From Gemmata obscuriglobus (GTDB lineage: Bacteria > Planctomycetota > Planctomycetia > Gemmatales > Gemmataceae), in the NCBI RefSeq assembly GCF_008065095.1, contig NZ_CP042911.1, forward strand, positions 1,020,001 to 1,052,000: a stretch of DNA of 32,000 nucleotides, given 5' to 3'. The notes beneath the pieces are model-generated. The model was not told where the DNA came from. It saw only the letters and a list, made by a program, of their open reading frames with translations, and ran no database searches. The translations under genes and the position numbers were made by a program. Shown one piece after another: positions 1 through 9,600 of this stretch (its first letter is position 1; every line of letters starts with the position of its first letter).

Positions 1-425
1 CGGTCGGCGTAGGCCCCGCCGGTGCGGTTCAGAACCGTCGGCACGAGCCGCAGCACCCCCGCCTTCCCTTCCGGACCGCAGGACGGGTACGCCTCGATCA
101 CCGTCGCGCAGATGGTCACCGCCCGCGTGTCGCCGTCGGGCAGCGCGCTCAGGTGCCGGTCGAGCGCCCCGACCGCGGCGGCGCGGGCCGGCTCGTTGCC
201 CGTCTTCACGCACTCGACGAGCCGCCCGAACCCGGGGGCGCCGTAAGTCACCAGGGCGTCGGCCCACTGGTCGCGCTCCTGGTCCGTGCCGACCGTGCGG
301 AGCTGCTGGGCCGCGTACCGCGCGCGGATCACCGAGGCGTTGAACGCCGCCCACACCCCGACGACCGTCAGGGCTGTCAGCACCAGCCCGGCGGCGCGAA
401 CGGTCCACTTCTTCGGGGGCGTCAT
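1..425 (-). CDS. hypothetical membrane-anchored protein (3' end cut by window edge)
   Basis: Absent from the ORF track because it has no stop inside the window. Reverse-complement translation from the ATG at 423-425 gives MTPPKKWTVRAAGLVLTALTVVGVWAAFNASVIRARYAAQQLRTVGTDQERDQWADALVTYGAPGFGRLVECVKTGNEPARAAAVGALDRHL..., open to position 1. Third positions are G/C-rich and there is one N-terminal hydrophobic helix. The + strand ORFs listed here are Arg/Pro/Gly-rich shadows. Confidence 0.55.
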   Translation of the reverse strand, partial: MTPPKKWTVRAAGLVLTALTVVGVWAAFNASVIRARYAAQQLRTVGTDQERDQWADALVTYGAPGFGRLVECVKTGNEPARAAAVGALDRHLSALPDGDTRAVTICATVIEAYPSCGPEGKAGVLRLVPTVLNRTGGAYAD

Positions 426-642
426 GGCTCTGGCTCCTCCAACTGCGCGCGACTGTGGGGCGCGCCGGCAGACTGCGTGCGCCGCGGAGGGTACCCCGGC
501 CCCCGGCAACCGGGCAAGAGCAACCGGCCCTGGTAACCGGAATTACTGATGCCGCGGCCCCGCGGCGCTCGATCTTGACTCGGGCCGCAGGCCGCGGTTC
601 CGCGCGAACCGCCATTTCCGGGCGTCACGGACGAAGGTGCCC

Positions 643-1386
643 ATGAATCGAACAGCCAAAGCGTTCAGTGTGTTGCTCGGCGGGCTCGCCGGCGGTGTGG
701 CGGCCGCTGAACCGCCGGCGATGTCGGCCGCGGTCCCCGGCGCGGCCCCCGCCGCGCCGGCGCTGCCCAACACCGCCGGGCCGGTGCGGGTCCGGCTCGC
801 CGACGTGGTCCACGCGGACTACCGCGACGCCGTCATGAGCGTCGTGAACAAGCCGACCGTGTCCACGAAGGCCACGGCCCCGGACCTGATCTGCACGGCC
901 ACCATGTACGAGTGGCTGTTCGATCACCCGGACCGGGTGGCGCTGGCGTGGCAGCGGCTGAAGGTGCCGGCGGTGCCGATTACCGACGCCGGCAACGGGC
1001 TGTTCTCGTGGACCGACGAGCACGGCAGTGAGGTGGTGTGGCGCACGGTCGGCACGTTCCGGGACGGGCGCGTGTGGTACGCCACCGGGAAGGTGAAGCC
1101 CGGCCCCGCCACGCCGTCGGTCCCGGTGAAGGCGGTCGCGGTGCTGTCGCACCCGCAAAAGGCGGCAAAGGACGGGGTGGCGTCGTTCAGCACCAGCGTG
1201 CAGCTCTTCCTGGTGAGCGACAGCCGGGCCGCGAACCTCGCGCTGCGGCTCCTGGGGCCGGCCGCGCCGAAGGTGGCCGAGCAGGGCGCCGAACAGTTCC
1301 TGGAGTTCTTCAACGGCGTCGCGAACTACGTGCAGAAGAACCCCACCAAGGCCGACGCGCTGCTGGCACCGCCCGGGAAAAAGTAG
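643..1386 (+). CDS. hypothetical secreted protein
   Basis: ORF 637..1386; the ATG at 643 gives MNRTAKAFSVLLGGLAGGVAAAEPPA..., a signal-peptide-like N-terminus. Amino-acid composition is balanced and GC3 is high, whereas the overlapping minus ORF 625..1461 is Arg/Gly/His/Pro-rich. No family recognised. Confidence 0.6.
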   Translation: MNRTAKAFSVLLGGLAGGVAAAEPPAMSAAVPGAAPAAPALPNTAGPVRVRLADVVHADYRDAVMSVVNKPTVSTKATAPDLICTATMYEWLFDHPDRVALAWQRLKVPAVPITDAGNGLFSWTDEHGSEVVWRTVGTFRDGRVWYATGKVKPGPATPSVPVKAVAVLSHPQKAAKDGVASFSTSVQLFLVSDSRAANLALRLLGPAAPKVAEQGAEQFLEFFNGVANYVQKNPTKADALLAPPGKK

Positions 1387-1424
1387 CGCCGCGTCGTAAT
1401 CGCGTGAAATCTTCTCTTTTTGAG

Positions 1425-1452
1425 TTGAACCGAGTAATACGCCCGTTATCTT
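1425..1452 (+). promoter_or_regulatory. candidate sigma-70-type promoter for the DUF1559 gene
   Basis: TTGAAC (1425-1430), 16-nt spacer, TATCTT (1447-1452), in a locally AT-rich gap 40 nt upstream of the ATG at 1493. Pattern match only. Confidence 0.3.
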
Positions 1453-1492
1453 GATCCTCACGCCGTCTAATTTCGGGCGTGAGGGTTACATC

Positions 1493-2380
1493 ATGTCATT
1501 CAATGCACGCCGGGCCGGTTTCACGCTGATCGAACTGCTGGTGGTGATCGCGATCATCGCGATCCTCATCGGCTTGCTGCTTCCCGCCGTCCAGAAGGTG
1601 CGCGAAGCGGCGGCGCGGTTGAAGTGCAAGAACAACATGAAGCAGATCGGGCTGGCGCTCCACAACTACCACGACCGCAACAACGCCCTGCCCCCGGGGT
1701 ACTCGACGCGGGTGGTGAGCGGGGTGGAACAGGGCGCCGGGTGGGGTTGGGCCACGTTCCTGCTCGATGACCTCGAACAGGGCAACGTGCGGCGCCTGAT
1801 CGACACCAACACCGCGATCGGCGCGACCGCTCACGCGACCCCACGCACGCAAGTGCTGCCCGTGTTCTTGTGCCCGTCGGACGAGCGGATCGGCACGTTC
1901 ACCACGTCCGGGGCGAACCCCACCACCGTGGCGCACGCGAACTACGTCGGGGTGTTCGGCACCAACGAACCCGACGAAACCGTGAACGCCCCGAGCGCGG
2001 GGAACGGCACCTTCTTCCGCAACAGCACGGTGCGGTTCGGCGACATCACCGACGGCCTGAGCAACACGTTCGTGGTGGGCGAGCGGAGCAGCGACATCGC
2101 GCTCTCGACGTGGACCGGCGCGATACCGGGCGCGGAGGTGCCGCTGCGTCGTGATCCGTCGGAGGCGGAAGGGCACTTCTTCCTGGTGCTCGGGCGCGGC
2201 GACCACCAGCCGAACGCCCCGGAGTCGCACATCGACGACTTCTACAGCCGTCACACGCAGGGGCTGAACTGCCTGTTCGGCGACGGCTCCGTTCACAGCA
2301 TCAGCAACAGCGTCAACCCGAGCGTGTGGGCGGGCATCCAGACCCGCAACCTCGGCGAGGTGATTCCGGCCAACTGGTGA
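1493..2380 (+). CDS. DUF1559 family protein with prepilin-type N-terminal cleavage/methylation domain
   Basis: ORF 1451..2380; the internal ATG at 1493 is preceded by [66 protein letters not shown] is the pilin-like N-terminus plus planctomycete DUF1559 signature. The C-terminal HTQGLNCLFGDGSVHSIS fits the H-X9-DG motif. Confidence 0.9.
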   Translation: MSFNARRAGFTLIELLVVIAIIAILIGLLLPAVQKVREAAARLKCKNNMKQIGLALHNYHDRNNALPPGYSTRVVSGVEQGAGWGWATFLLDDLEQGNVRRLIDTNTAIGATAHATPRTQVLPVFLCPSDERIGTFTTSGANPTTVAHANYVGVFGTNEPDETVNAPSAGNGTFFRNSTVRFGDITDGLSNTFVVGERSSDIALSTWTGAIPGAEVPLRRDPSEAEGHFFLVLGRGDHQPNAPESHIDDFYSRHTQGLNCLFGDGSVHSISNSVNPSVWAGIQTRNLGEVIPANW

Positions 2381-2384
2381 GCAC

Positions 2385-3023
2385 TCACCAAGAGAAGTCG
2401 TGGGCGTACGTGTCCCAATCGATGGCACGAATCTGTTCACGCGCAGCCGGGTCGATCGGGAATGCGTAGTCATCCTGAAACCAGATGATCGTCAGTTGTG
2501 ATCCGTCTTGGTTCTTGTCTCGGGTCGGCTCGAACGAGTCGAATTCTCCAACGCACACGATCGCGGGAAGCAATCCGCACGGTGCTCGGTGAGGGGCGAC
2601 CTGTTCGATGGGGCTTTCGCGCGGCTGAACGAGGTACGGCACCTCGCCGCGTCGCAGTTGCTCTTCGGCAACGATCCGCTGAACGTGCTCGCGATTCATT
2701 TGGGTCGTGGGCGCGCCTTCCAGCAACCCCGCGTAAAAGTTCCATTGTCGGAGCGCGTTCAACCGAATCTCTCGACCCGCCCGCAGCTTTATCCGGTCTG
2801 GTTCGGCTTGCGGGTTCCCAACCGAGGCCAGCCACTCTGCGCCAGCCTGACCGCCGAGTTCGATCAGCCGCGCGTTGAGTTCCGCGACTTGGAGTTGTAC
2901 CTTGAGGAACTCGGCTTCGGCGGCGCGGCCCTGTTCGTCGAGCCAGTCGGCGTAGGCGAGGCGTGTGGCCCGCTCGGCCGGGTGGTCGGCGATGGCCTTC
3001 AGGAAACCGGCCTCGTCACTCAT
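2385..3023 (-). CDS. TIGR02996 (Gemmata 'repeat-companion') N-terminal domain protein with an unrecognised non-repeat C-terminal domain
   Basis: 212-aa ORF. The N-terminus MSDEAGFLKAIADHPAERATRLAYADWLDEQGRAAEAEFLKVQLQ fits the TIGR02996 pattern. The C-terminal ~130 aa (…LTIIWFQDDYAFPIDPAAREQIRAIDWDTYAHDFSW) is non-repetitive. The start lies 4 nt after the gpx stop on the same strand. Confidence 0.8.
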   Translation of the reverse strand: MSDEAGFLKAIADHPAERATRLAYADWLDEQGRAAEAEFLKVQLQVAELNARLIELGGQAGAEWLASVGNPQAEPDRIKLRAGREIRLNALRQWNFYAGLLEGAPTTQMNREHVQRIVAEEQLRRGEVPYLVQPRESPIEQVAPHRAPCGLLPAIVCVGEFDSFEPTRDKNQDGSQLTIIWFQDDYAFPIDPAAREQIRAIDWDTYAHDFSW

Positions 3024-3027
3024 CGCG

Positions 3028-3522
3028 TCACCCCAGCAGCTTTTCGATTTCGGCTTCCAGTTGTTGCGGGGTCGTGGTCGGGCCGCGGCGCGACACCACG
3101 TTGCCGTTCCGGTCCACGAGGAACTTGGTGAAGTTCCATTTGATGCCGCGGGTGCCGAGCGTGCCGCGGGCGGCGTCCTTGAGGTGCTGGTACAGCGGGT
3201 GCGCCGCGCCGCCGTTCACGTCCACCTTTGCGAACATCGGGAACGTCACATCGTACTTGAGCGAACAGAAGCTCTTGATCTCTTCTTCGTTGCCCGGCTC
3301 CTGGCCCATGAACTGGTTGCACGGGAAGCCCAGCACCACGAGCCCGCGGTCCTTGTACTTGCGTTGCAGCTCTTCGAGCCCCTTGTACTGACCGGTGAAG
3401 CCGCACTTGCTGGCGACGTTCACCACCAGCAGCACTTTGCCCCGGTACTGCTCGAGGGTAGTCTGCTGGCCGTCGATGGCCTTGACAGAGATGTCGTAAA
3501 CGCTGGCGGCGGTAGTGCTCAT
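3028..3522 (-). CDS. gpx: glutathione peroxidase (Cys-type)
   Basis: ORF 3028..3585; the ATG at 3522 gives MSTTAASVYDISVKAIDGQQTTLEQYRGKVLLVVNVASKCGFTGQYKGLEELQRKYKDRGLVVLGFPCNQF...IKWNFTKFLVDRNG. These are the three classic GPx blocks, and the peroxidatic residue is Cys rather than Sec. Confidence 0.9.
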   Translation of the reverse strand: MSTTAASVYDISVKAIDGQQTTLEQYRGKVLLVVNVASKCGFTGQYKGLEELQRKYKDRGLVVLGFPCNQFMGQEPGNEEEIKSFCSLKYDVTFPMFAKVDVNGGAAHPLYQHLKDAARGTLGTRGIKWNFTKFLVDRNGNVVSRRGPTTTPQQLEAEIEKLLG

Positions 3523-3956
3523 GGCGCTTCTTGAACTGGAGCGCGGGTTTGGCCCGCATAACGGATGGTAATGACTGGACCGCACCGTCCGCGGCTGGGC
3601 AACTGAACGGTCGGCGCGTTAAATCCGGCAACTTGCTCGTAGTTGTAGTCCAAGACATCTCTATCGGGGACGTAACACCGAAACCAGAACAGACAGCCGG
3701 CAAGTTCGACAACCGATCAGACGCGCCTGCGCTCACGGGCCGTCCATTGCCGAAAATTGTGTTGCTGACTATCCCGGCATCACAGTTGCAATTCGCACCA
3801 TACATCTTCGAATGCAGCCCGTTCTGAGTGCGAAACTGGTTCGCGTTGCCCGCTCTCGGTGCAATGCGAGCCTCGTTCTGTGGCACGAGGACTTGCCCAA
3901 TGTCCACTGTCGGTACACAACCGCGGCTCGCTCCGAGTACGAACGGTGTTTATTCG

Positions 3957-5402
3957 ATGCCGCGACTCTTCGACGGGTACTCCGCACACCCGGCCGCGTG
4001 GGACGAACTGTTTAACCGCACCGGAGCGCCGCACGCACACTGCGCCACGCTCGTGGACCGCCTCGGGAAGCTCAAGCACAACGAGTTCCAGCTTAAACGG
4101 AGCGGCGCCGATCTGGCGTTCGTGAACCAGGGGATCACGTTCAGCGTGTACTCCGACCGCCGCGGGGTGGAGAAGATCTTCCCGTTCGACCTGATCCCGC
4201 GCACAATCCCCGCCGCCGAATGGGCCGCGCTGGAAAAGGGGCTGGTGCAGCGCGTGCAGGCACTCAACCTGTTCCTGTACGACGTGTACCACGAGCAGAA
4301 GATCCTGCGCGAGGGCGTGGTGCCGGCGGAACTGGTGCTCGGGTCGAAGGGGTTCCGCAAAGAGGTGGTCGGGTTCCGCCCGCCGGGCGGGGTGTACGTT
4401 CACATTTGTGGCACCGACCTGATCCGCGACGTGGACGGCCAGTTCCTGGTCCTGGAGGACAACGGCCGGACGCCGAGCGGGGTGAGCTACGTGCTCGAGA
4501 ACCGCGCGGTGATGAAGAAGGTGTTCCCGCAACTGTTCGCGGACATTCGCGTGCGCCGCGTCGAAGATTACCCGCACCGGTTGCGTGAGGCGCTGGCGTC
4601 GGTGGCGCCGGCGGGCGCCGGCGCGCCGCCGTGCGTGGTGGTGCTGTCGCCGGGGCAGTACAACTCGGCGTACTTCGAGCACAGCTTCCTGGCCCGGCAC
4701 ATGGGCGTCGAACTGGTGTTCGGCGCCGACCTGTTCGTCCACGACGACATTGTGTACCTGAAGACCACCCGCGGCCCGCAGCGCGTCGACGTGATCTACC
4801 GCCGCCTGGACGACGACTTCCTAGACCCGGAAACGTTCCGGCCCGACAGCCTGCTGGGCGTTCCGGGGCTGTTCCGGGCGTACCGCGCGGGCAACGTGAC
4901 GCTCGCCAACGCCGTGGGCACCGGCGTCGCGGACGATAAGGCCGTGTACCCTTACGTGGAAGACATGATCCGGTTCTACCTGTCGGAGGAGCCGGTCCTG
5001 AAGAACGTGCCGACGTACATCTGCGCCCGCCCGGACGACTGCGCGTACACCCTCGCGCACCTGGGCGAACTGGTGGTGAAGGCGGTCAACGAGTCCGGCG
5101 GGTACGGGATGCTGATGGGGCCGTCGAGCACGGCGGCGCAGCGCGCGGAGTTCGCCGAGAAGATCCGCGAGAACCCGCGGAACTACGTGGCCCAGCCGGT
5201 TGTAACGCTCAGCACCTGCCCCACCTGGACCGAAGAGGGTGTGGCCCCGCGGCACCTCGACCTCCGCCCGTACATAATTACGGGGCGCTCGACGTGGGTG
5301 CTGCCCGGCGGCCTCACCCGCACCGCGCTCACCAAGGGCTCGCTGGTGGTCAACAGCAGCCAGGGCGGCGGCAGCAAGGACTCGTGGGTGCTGGAGAAGT
5401 GA
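3957..5402 (+). CDS. circularly permuted type-2 ATP-grasp protein (COG2308 / CP_ATPgrasp_2 type)
   Basis: ORF 3828..5402. GC3 rises sharply only after the ATG at 3957 ([19 protein letters not shown]...); alternative starts are 3900 and 3828. Family hallmarks: [100 protein letters not shown]. Confidence 0.9.
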   Translation: MPRLFDGYSAHPAAWDELFNRTGAPHAHCATLVDRLGKLKHNEFQLKRSGADLAFVNQGITFSVYSDRRGVEKIFPFDLIPRTIPAAEWAALEKGLVQRVQALNLFLYDVYHEQKILREGVVPAELVLGSKGFRKEVVGFRPPGGVYVHICGTDLIRDVDGQFLVLEDNGRTPSGVSYVLENRAVMKKVFPQLFADIRVRRVEDYPHRLREALASVAPAGAGAPPCVVVLSPGQYNSAYFEHSFLARHMGVELVFGADLFVHDDIVYLKTTRGPQRVDVIYRRLDDDFLDPETFRPDSLLGVPGLFRAYRAGNVTLANAVGTGVADDKAVYPYVEDMIRFYLSEEPVLKNVPTYICARPDDCAYTLAHLGELVVKAVNESGGYGMLMGPSSTAAQRAEFAEKIRENPRNYVAQPVVTLSTCPTWTEEGVAPRHLDLRPYIITGRSTWVLPGGLTRTALTKGSLVVNSSQGGGSKDSWVLEK

Positions 5403-5476
5403 GGACGGGACCGAACGCGTGTCGGCAACACCGGGCCCCCGCCCGGTGCCCCCGGTAGAGAGGCCGTGGAGCGAGC

Positions 5477-6484
5477 ATGATCTCTCGTGTTGCGGAGCAC
5501 TGCTTCTGGCTGGCCCGGTACCTGGAGCGCTCGGAGAACACCGCGCGCGTGCTGGAGGTCAACCACACCCTGCTGCTCGACTTCCACGTGCCGGTGGAGC
5601 AGCAGTGGCGGCCGGCGCTCATCATCTCCGGCATCCACGACTACGCCGAAGAGCCCACCGCGGAGCGCGTCCAGGCGTTCATGACCTGGGACCGGGAGAA
5701 CCCGTTCAGCATCGCGTCGTCGCTGGCATGGGCGCGGGAGAACGCCCGCATCATCCGCGAGGTGATCTCCGCGGAGATGTGGGAGCGGATGAACCACTAC
5801 CACCTCTGGATGCAGGCGCCCGAGAGCCGGGAACTGTACGACGGCAACCGGAGCGAGTTCTACGCCGAGGTGCGGCGCATCAACCAGCTCTTGCACGGCA
5901 TCGCCGACGCCACCATGAGCCACGGCGAGGCGTGGGAGTTCTTCAAGCTCGGCACGTACCTGGAGCGCGTCAGCCAGACGGCCCGCATCATGGACGTGAA
6001 GTACCACACGCTCCTGCCGAAGGTGGAGGACGTGGGCAGCCCGGTCGACAACGCCCACTGGGTCGCGATCCTGATGAGCTGCTCGGGGTACGAGCCGTTC
6101 CACAAGAAGGCCCGCGCCGCCCCGATGGACCCGGCCACCGCGGTCGCCGAGTTCCTGATCTTCGACGAGCAGTTCCCGCGGTCGATCAAGCGGTGCCTGT
6201 GGGAGTGCGAGTCCGCGACCGCGGCCGCCGCGGGCAACCCGGTCGGGCGCGACCGCACCAAGCCCGAGCGGCTGATCGGCGAGCTGATCGCGTACCTCGA
6301 CGCGCGGGCGATCCCGGACGTGATCCGCGAGGGGCTGCACGAGACGCTGACGCACGTGGTCGATTCGGTCCACCGGATCGGCGAGGCGGTCCACGCGGCG
6401 TTCTTCGCGGCGGACGTGCGCCCGCCCGGCTCCGGCGTGCGGCCCGGGCCGGCCACGGTGACGCAGAGCCAGAGTCAGTCGTAA
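5477..6484 (+). CDS. Alpha-E domain protein (COG2307 / DUF403 type)
   Basis: 335-aa ORF beginning MISRVAEHCFWLARYLERSENTARVLEVNHTLLLD, the typical Alpha-E N-terminus. A second helical signature is WEFFKLGTYLERVSQTARIMDVKYH. It starts 74 nt after the ATP-grasp gene. Confidence 0.9.
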   Translation: MISRVAEHCFWLARYLERSENTARVLEVNHTLLLDFHVPVEQQWRPALIISGIHDYAEEPTAERVQAFMTWDRENPFSIASSLAWARENARIIREVISAEMWERMNHYHLWMQAPESRELYDGNRSEFYAEVRRINQLLHGIADATMSHGEAWEFFKLGTYLERVSQTARIMDVKYHTLLPKVEDVGSPVDNAHWVAILMSCSGYEPFHKKARAAPMDPATAVAEFLIFDEQFPRSIKRCLWECESATAAAAGNPVGRDRTKPERLIGELIAYLDARAIPDVIREGLHETLTHVVDSVHRIGEAVHAAFFAADVRPPGSGVRPGPATVTQSQSQS

Positions 6485-6593
6485 GGGCGGCCGTCTCAAG
6501 TCGTCAAGTCCCAAGTCGTCGAGTCGGGGCGTCCGGTCGGATGGGGCCTGCCGACTTGGTGACTTGGGACCTGACGACTTGAGACGGCCGCCC
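6485..6593 (+). repeat. long imperfect inverted repeat (43-nt arms, 23-nt loop) followed by a C10 tract
   Basis: Arms 6485-6527 and 6551-6593 are complementary at 39/43 positions. Three of the 4 mismatches are G-U wobbles when read as + strand RNA. The repeat starts 1 nt after the Alpha-E stop codon. A C10 run lies at 6591-6600. Confidence 0.8.
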
Positions 6594-6649
6594 CCCCCCC
6601 AGAGGGGAAGACTTCTTCCGCCCGCTCTCCTGCCACAGGAACCACACGA

Positions 6650-9600
6650 ATGGGCATCCGGGTCGCGCTCCAGCACGTCACCAAGTACACCTACGACCGG
6701 CCCGTCACGCTCATGCCGCACGTGGTGCGGCTGCGGCCGGCGCCGCACGCGCGCACGCCGGTGCCGAGCTACTCCCTGAAGGTCGAGCCGGCCGAGCAGT
6801 TCCTGAACTGGCAGCAGGACCCGTACTCGAACTACCTCGCCCGGCTCGTGTTCCCGAAGCCGGCGCGGGAACTGGTCGTCACGGTGGACCTGATCGCCGA
6901 CCTGACGCCGATCAACCCGTTCGACTTCTTCGTGGAGGAGTACGCGAAGGAGTACCCGTTCCGGTACGACGCCGTCATCGCCCGTGAACTGGCCCCGTAT
7001 TTCGAGACGCTCCCCGCCGGCCCGCTTTTGCAGCGACTGATCGAGCGGGAGCGCAAGAGCGGCGAGAAGGCCATCGACTTCCTGGTGGGCCTGAACCGCG
7101 CGGTTCAAGACAAGGTCGAGTACGTTATCCGGATGGAGCCCGGCGTTCAGACGCCGGAAGAGACGCTCGAACTCGGCCGCGGGTCGTGCCGCGATTCGGC
7201 GTGGCTGCTCGTTCAACTCGCCCGCCACCTCGGCCTGGCCGCGCGCTTCGTATCGGGATACCTGATCCAGCTCGTCGCCGACGAGAAGCCGCTGGACGGC
7301 CCCGCCGGCCCGTCGGCCGACTTCACCGACCTGCACGCCTGGACCGAGATCTACCTGCCCGGCGCCGGCTGGGTCGGGCTCGACCCCACCTCCGGGCTGA
7401 TGACCGCCGAGGGGCACATCCCGCTCGCCTGCACCGCCGACCCGCAGTCGGCGGCGCCCGTCACCGGCTCGTACTCGTGGGCCAAAAAGGGCGACGACGA
7501 CAAGGTCGAAGAGGGGTTCGAGTTCCACATGTCGGTGACGCGGCTGGACGAGGCGCCGCGCGTCACCAAGCCGTACACCGAGGGGCAGTGGGCGGCGATC
7601 AACGCGCTGGGCCAGCGCATCGACGCCGACCTGCGCGAGTGGGACGTGCGGCTCACGATGGGCGGCGAGCCGACGTTCGTGAGCGTCGACGAGCGCGACG
7701 CCCCCGAGTGGAACATCACCGCCCTCGGGCCGCAGAAGCGCAAACAGGGCGTGACGCTCCTGAAGCGCCTTCGGGACAAGTTCGCGCCCGGCGGACTGTT
7801 GCACTACGGGCAGGGTAAGTGGTACCCCGGCGAGCAGCTCCCGCGCTGGGCGTTCTCGTGCTACTGGCGGCTCGACGGGGAGCCCATCTGGATCGACCCC
7901 ACGCTCACCGCCGACGGGGACCGCGCGTACGGGTTCGGGGCCGCGGACGCCGCCCGGTTCGTGCAGACACTGGCGGAGGTTCTTGGGGTCGATTCGCGGC
8001 ACGCGCTGCCGGGGTACGAGGACGCGTGGTACTACCTGTGGCGCGAGCGCCGGCTGCCGACGAACGTCGACCCGCTCAACAGCAAGCTCGACGACCCCGA
8101 GGAGCGCGCGCGGCTCGCGCGGGTGTTCGAGCAGAAGCTCGGGAGCCCGGTCGGCACCGTGCTCCCCCTGCGCCGCGCTTTCGGGGCGGGCTCGGGGTGG
8201 GAGAGCGGCCCGTGGTTCCTGCGGAAGGAGCACCTGTACCTGATCCCGGGCGACAGCCCGATGGGGTTCCGGCTGCCGCTCGACTCGGTCCCGTGGGAGG
8301 ACCCGTCGGCGCGGCAGTTCATGGAGCCGCGCGACCCGTTCGCGGCGCGCGGGCCGCTCCCACCGCGCATGATCGGCCCCGCGGTGCCCGCCGGCTTCGC
8401 CCGCACCGCGCCGGACTCGTTCCTCGACGTGTGGGGCCGGCCGCTGGAGCCGCGCGGACGTGACGGGCGCGGCCGCGCCCCGCAGCCGTCCACGAACGGA
8501 ACGGCGCACGCCGACCGGCCCGCGAGCGTCGTCCGCACCGCGTTGTGCGTCGAGCCGCGGGGCGGCGTGCTGCACGTGTTCATGCCGCCGGCGCGGTTCC
8601 TCGAAGACTACCTCGACCTCGTCGCGGCCGTCGAAACCACCGCGGCGAAGCTCGACCGGCCGGTGCTGATCGAGGGCTACAAGCCGCCGCACGACCCGCG
8701 GGTGAACCACTTCAGCATCACCCCCGACCCGGGCGTGATCGAAGCGAACATGCACCCGGCGCGGTCGTGGGACGAGGCGGTTCACATCACCACCACGCTG
8801 TACGAAGAGGCCCGCCAGGCCCGGCTGTGTACCGAGAAGTTCATGCTCGACGGGCGCCACACCGGCACCGGCGGCGGTAACCACGTCGTGCTCGGCGGTT
8901 CGACCCCCGCGGACAGCCCGTTCCTGCGCCGCCCGGACCTGCTCAAGAGCCTGGTGGGGTTCTGGAACAACCACCCGTCGCTGTCGTACCTGTTCAGCGG
9001 GCTGTTCGTCGGGCCGACCAGTCAGCACCCGCGCGTGGACGAGGCGCGCCACGACGCGCTGCGCGAACTGGAGATCGCGTTCGGACAGGTGGGGGAGGGG
9101 AGGAGCCCGCCGGCGTGGCTGGTGGACCGACTGTTCCGGAACCTCTTGACGGACATAACCGGGAACACGCACCGGGCCGAGTTCTGCATCGACAAGATGT
9201 TCAACCCGGACTCGGCCGAGGGGCGGCGGGGGCTCCTGGAGCTGCGCTCGTTCGAGATGCCGCCGCACGCCCGCATGAGCTGCGCCCAGCAGCTTTTGAT
9301 GCGGGCGCTGGTCGGGTGGTTCTGGCGCAAACCCTACGACCACAAGCTGGTGCGGTGGGGCACGTCGCTGCACGACCGGTTCATGCTGCCCCACTTCGTG
9401 TCGGAAGACTTTGCGGACGTCCTCGACGAGCTGCGCGAGCGCGGCGGGTACGCCATCGACCCCGCGTGGTTCACGCCCCACGTCGAGTTCCGGTTCCCCG
9501 TACTCGGCGCCGTCACGCACCGGGGGGTGAACCTCGAACTGCGCACCGCCATCGAGCCGTGGCACGTGCTGGGCGAGGAGGCCGCCGCGGGCGGCACCAG

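Noticed and set aside
3881-3897. Sigma-54-like TGGCAC-N-TTGC upstream of the ATP-grasp gene
   Set aside because: The GG-to-GC spacing is one nucleotide longer than the strict -24/-12 spacing (TGGCACGAGGACTTGC versus TGGCACG-N4-TTGC). It is kept only as a remote possibility.
6497-6527. Periodic AAGTC units as a CRISPR-like or tandem-repeat array
   Set aside because: The units are 5 nt at 7-8 nt spacing, with only four per arm, and they form part of a single hairpin. There are no spacers and no cas genes. Not CRISPR.
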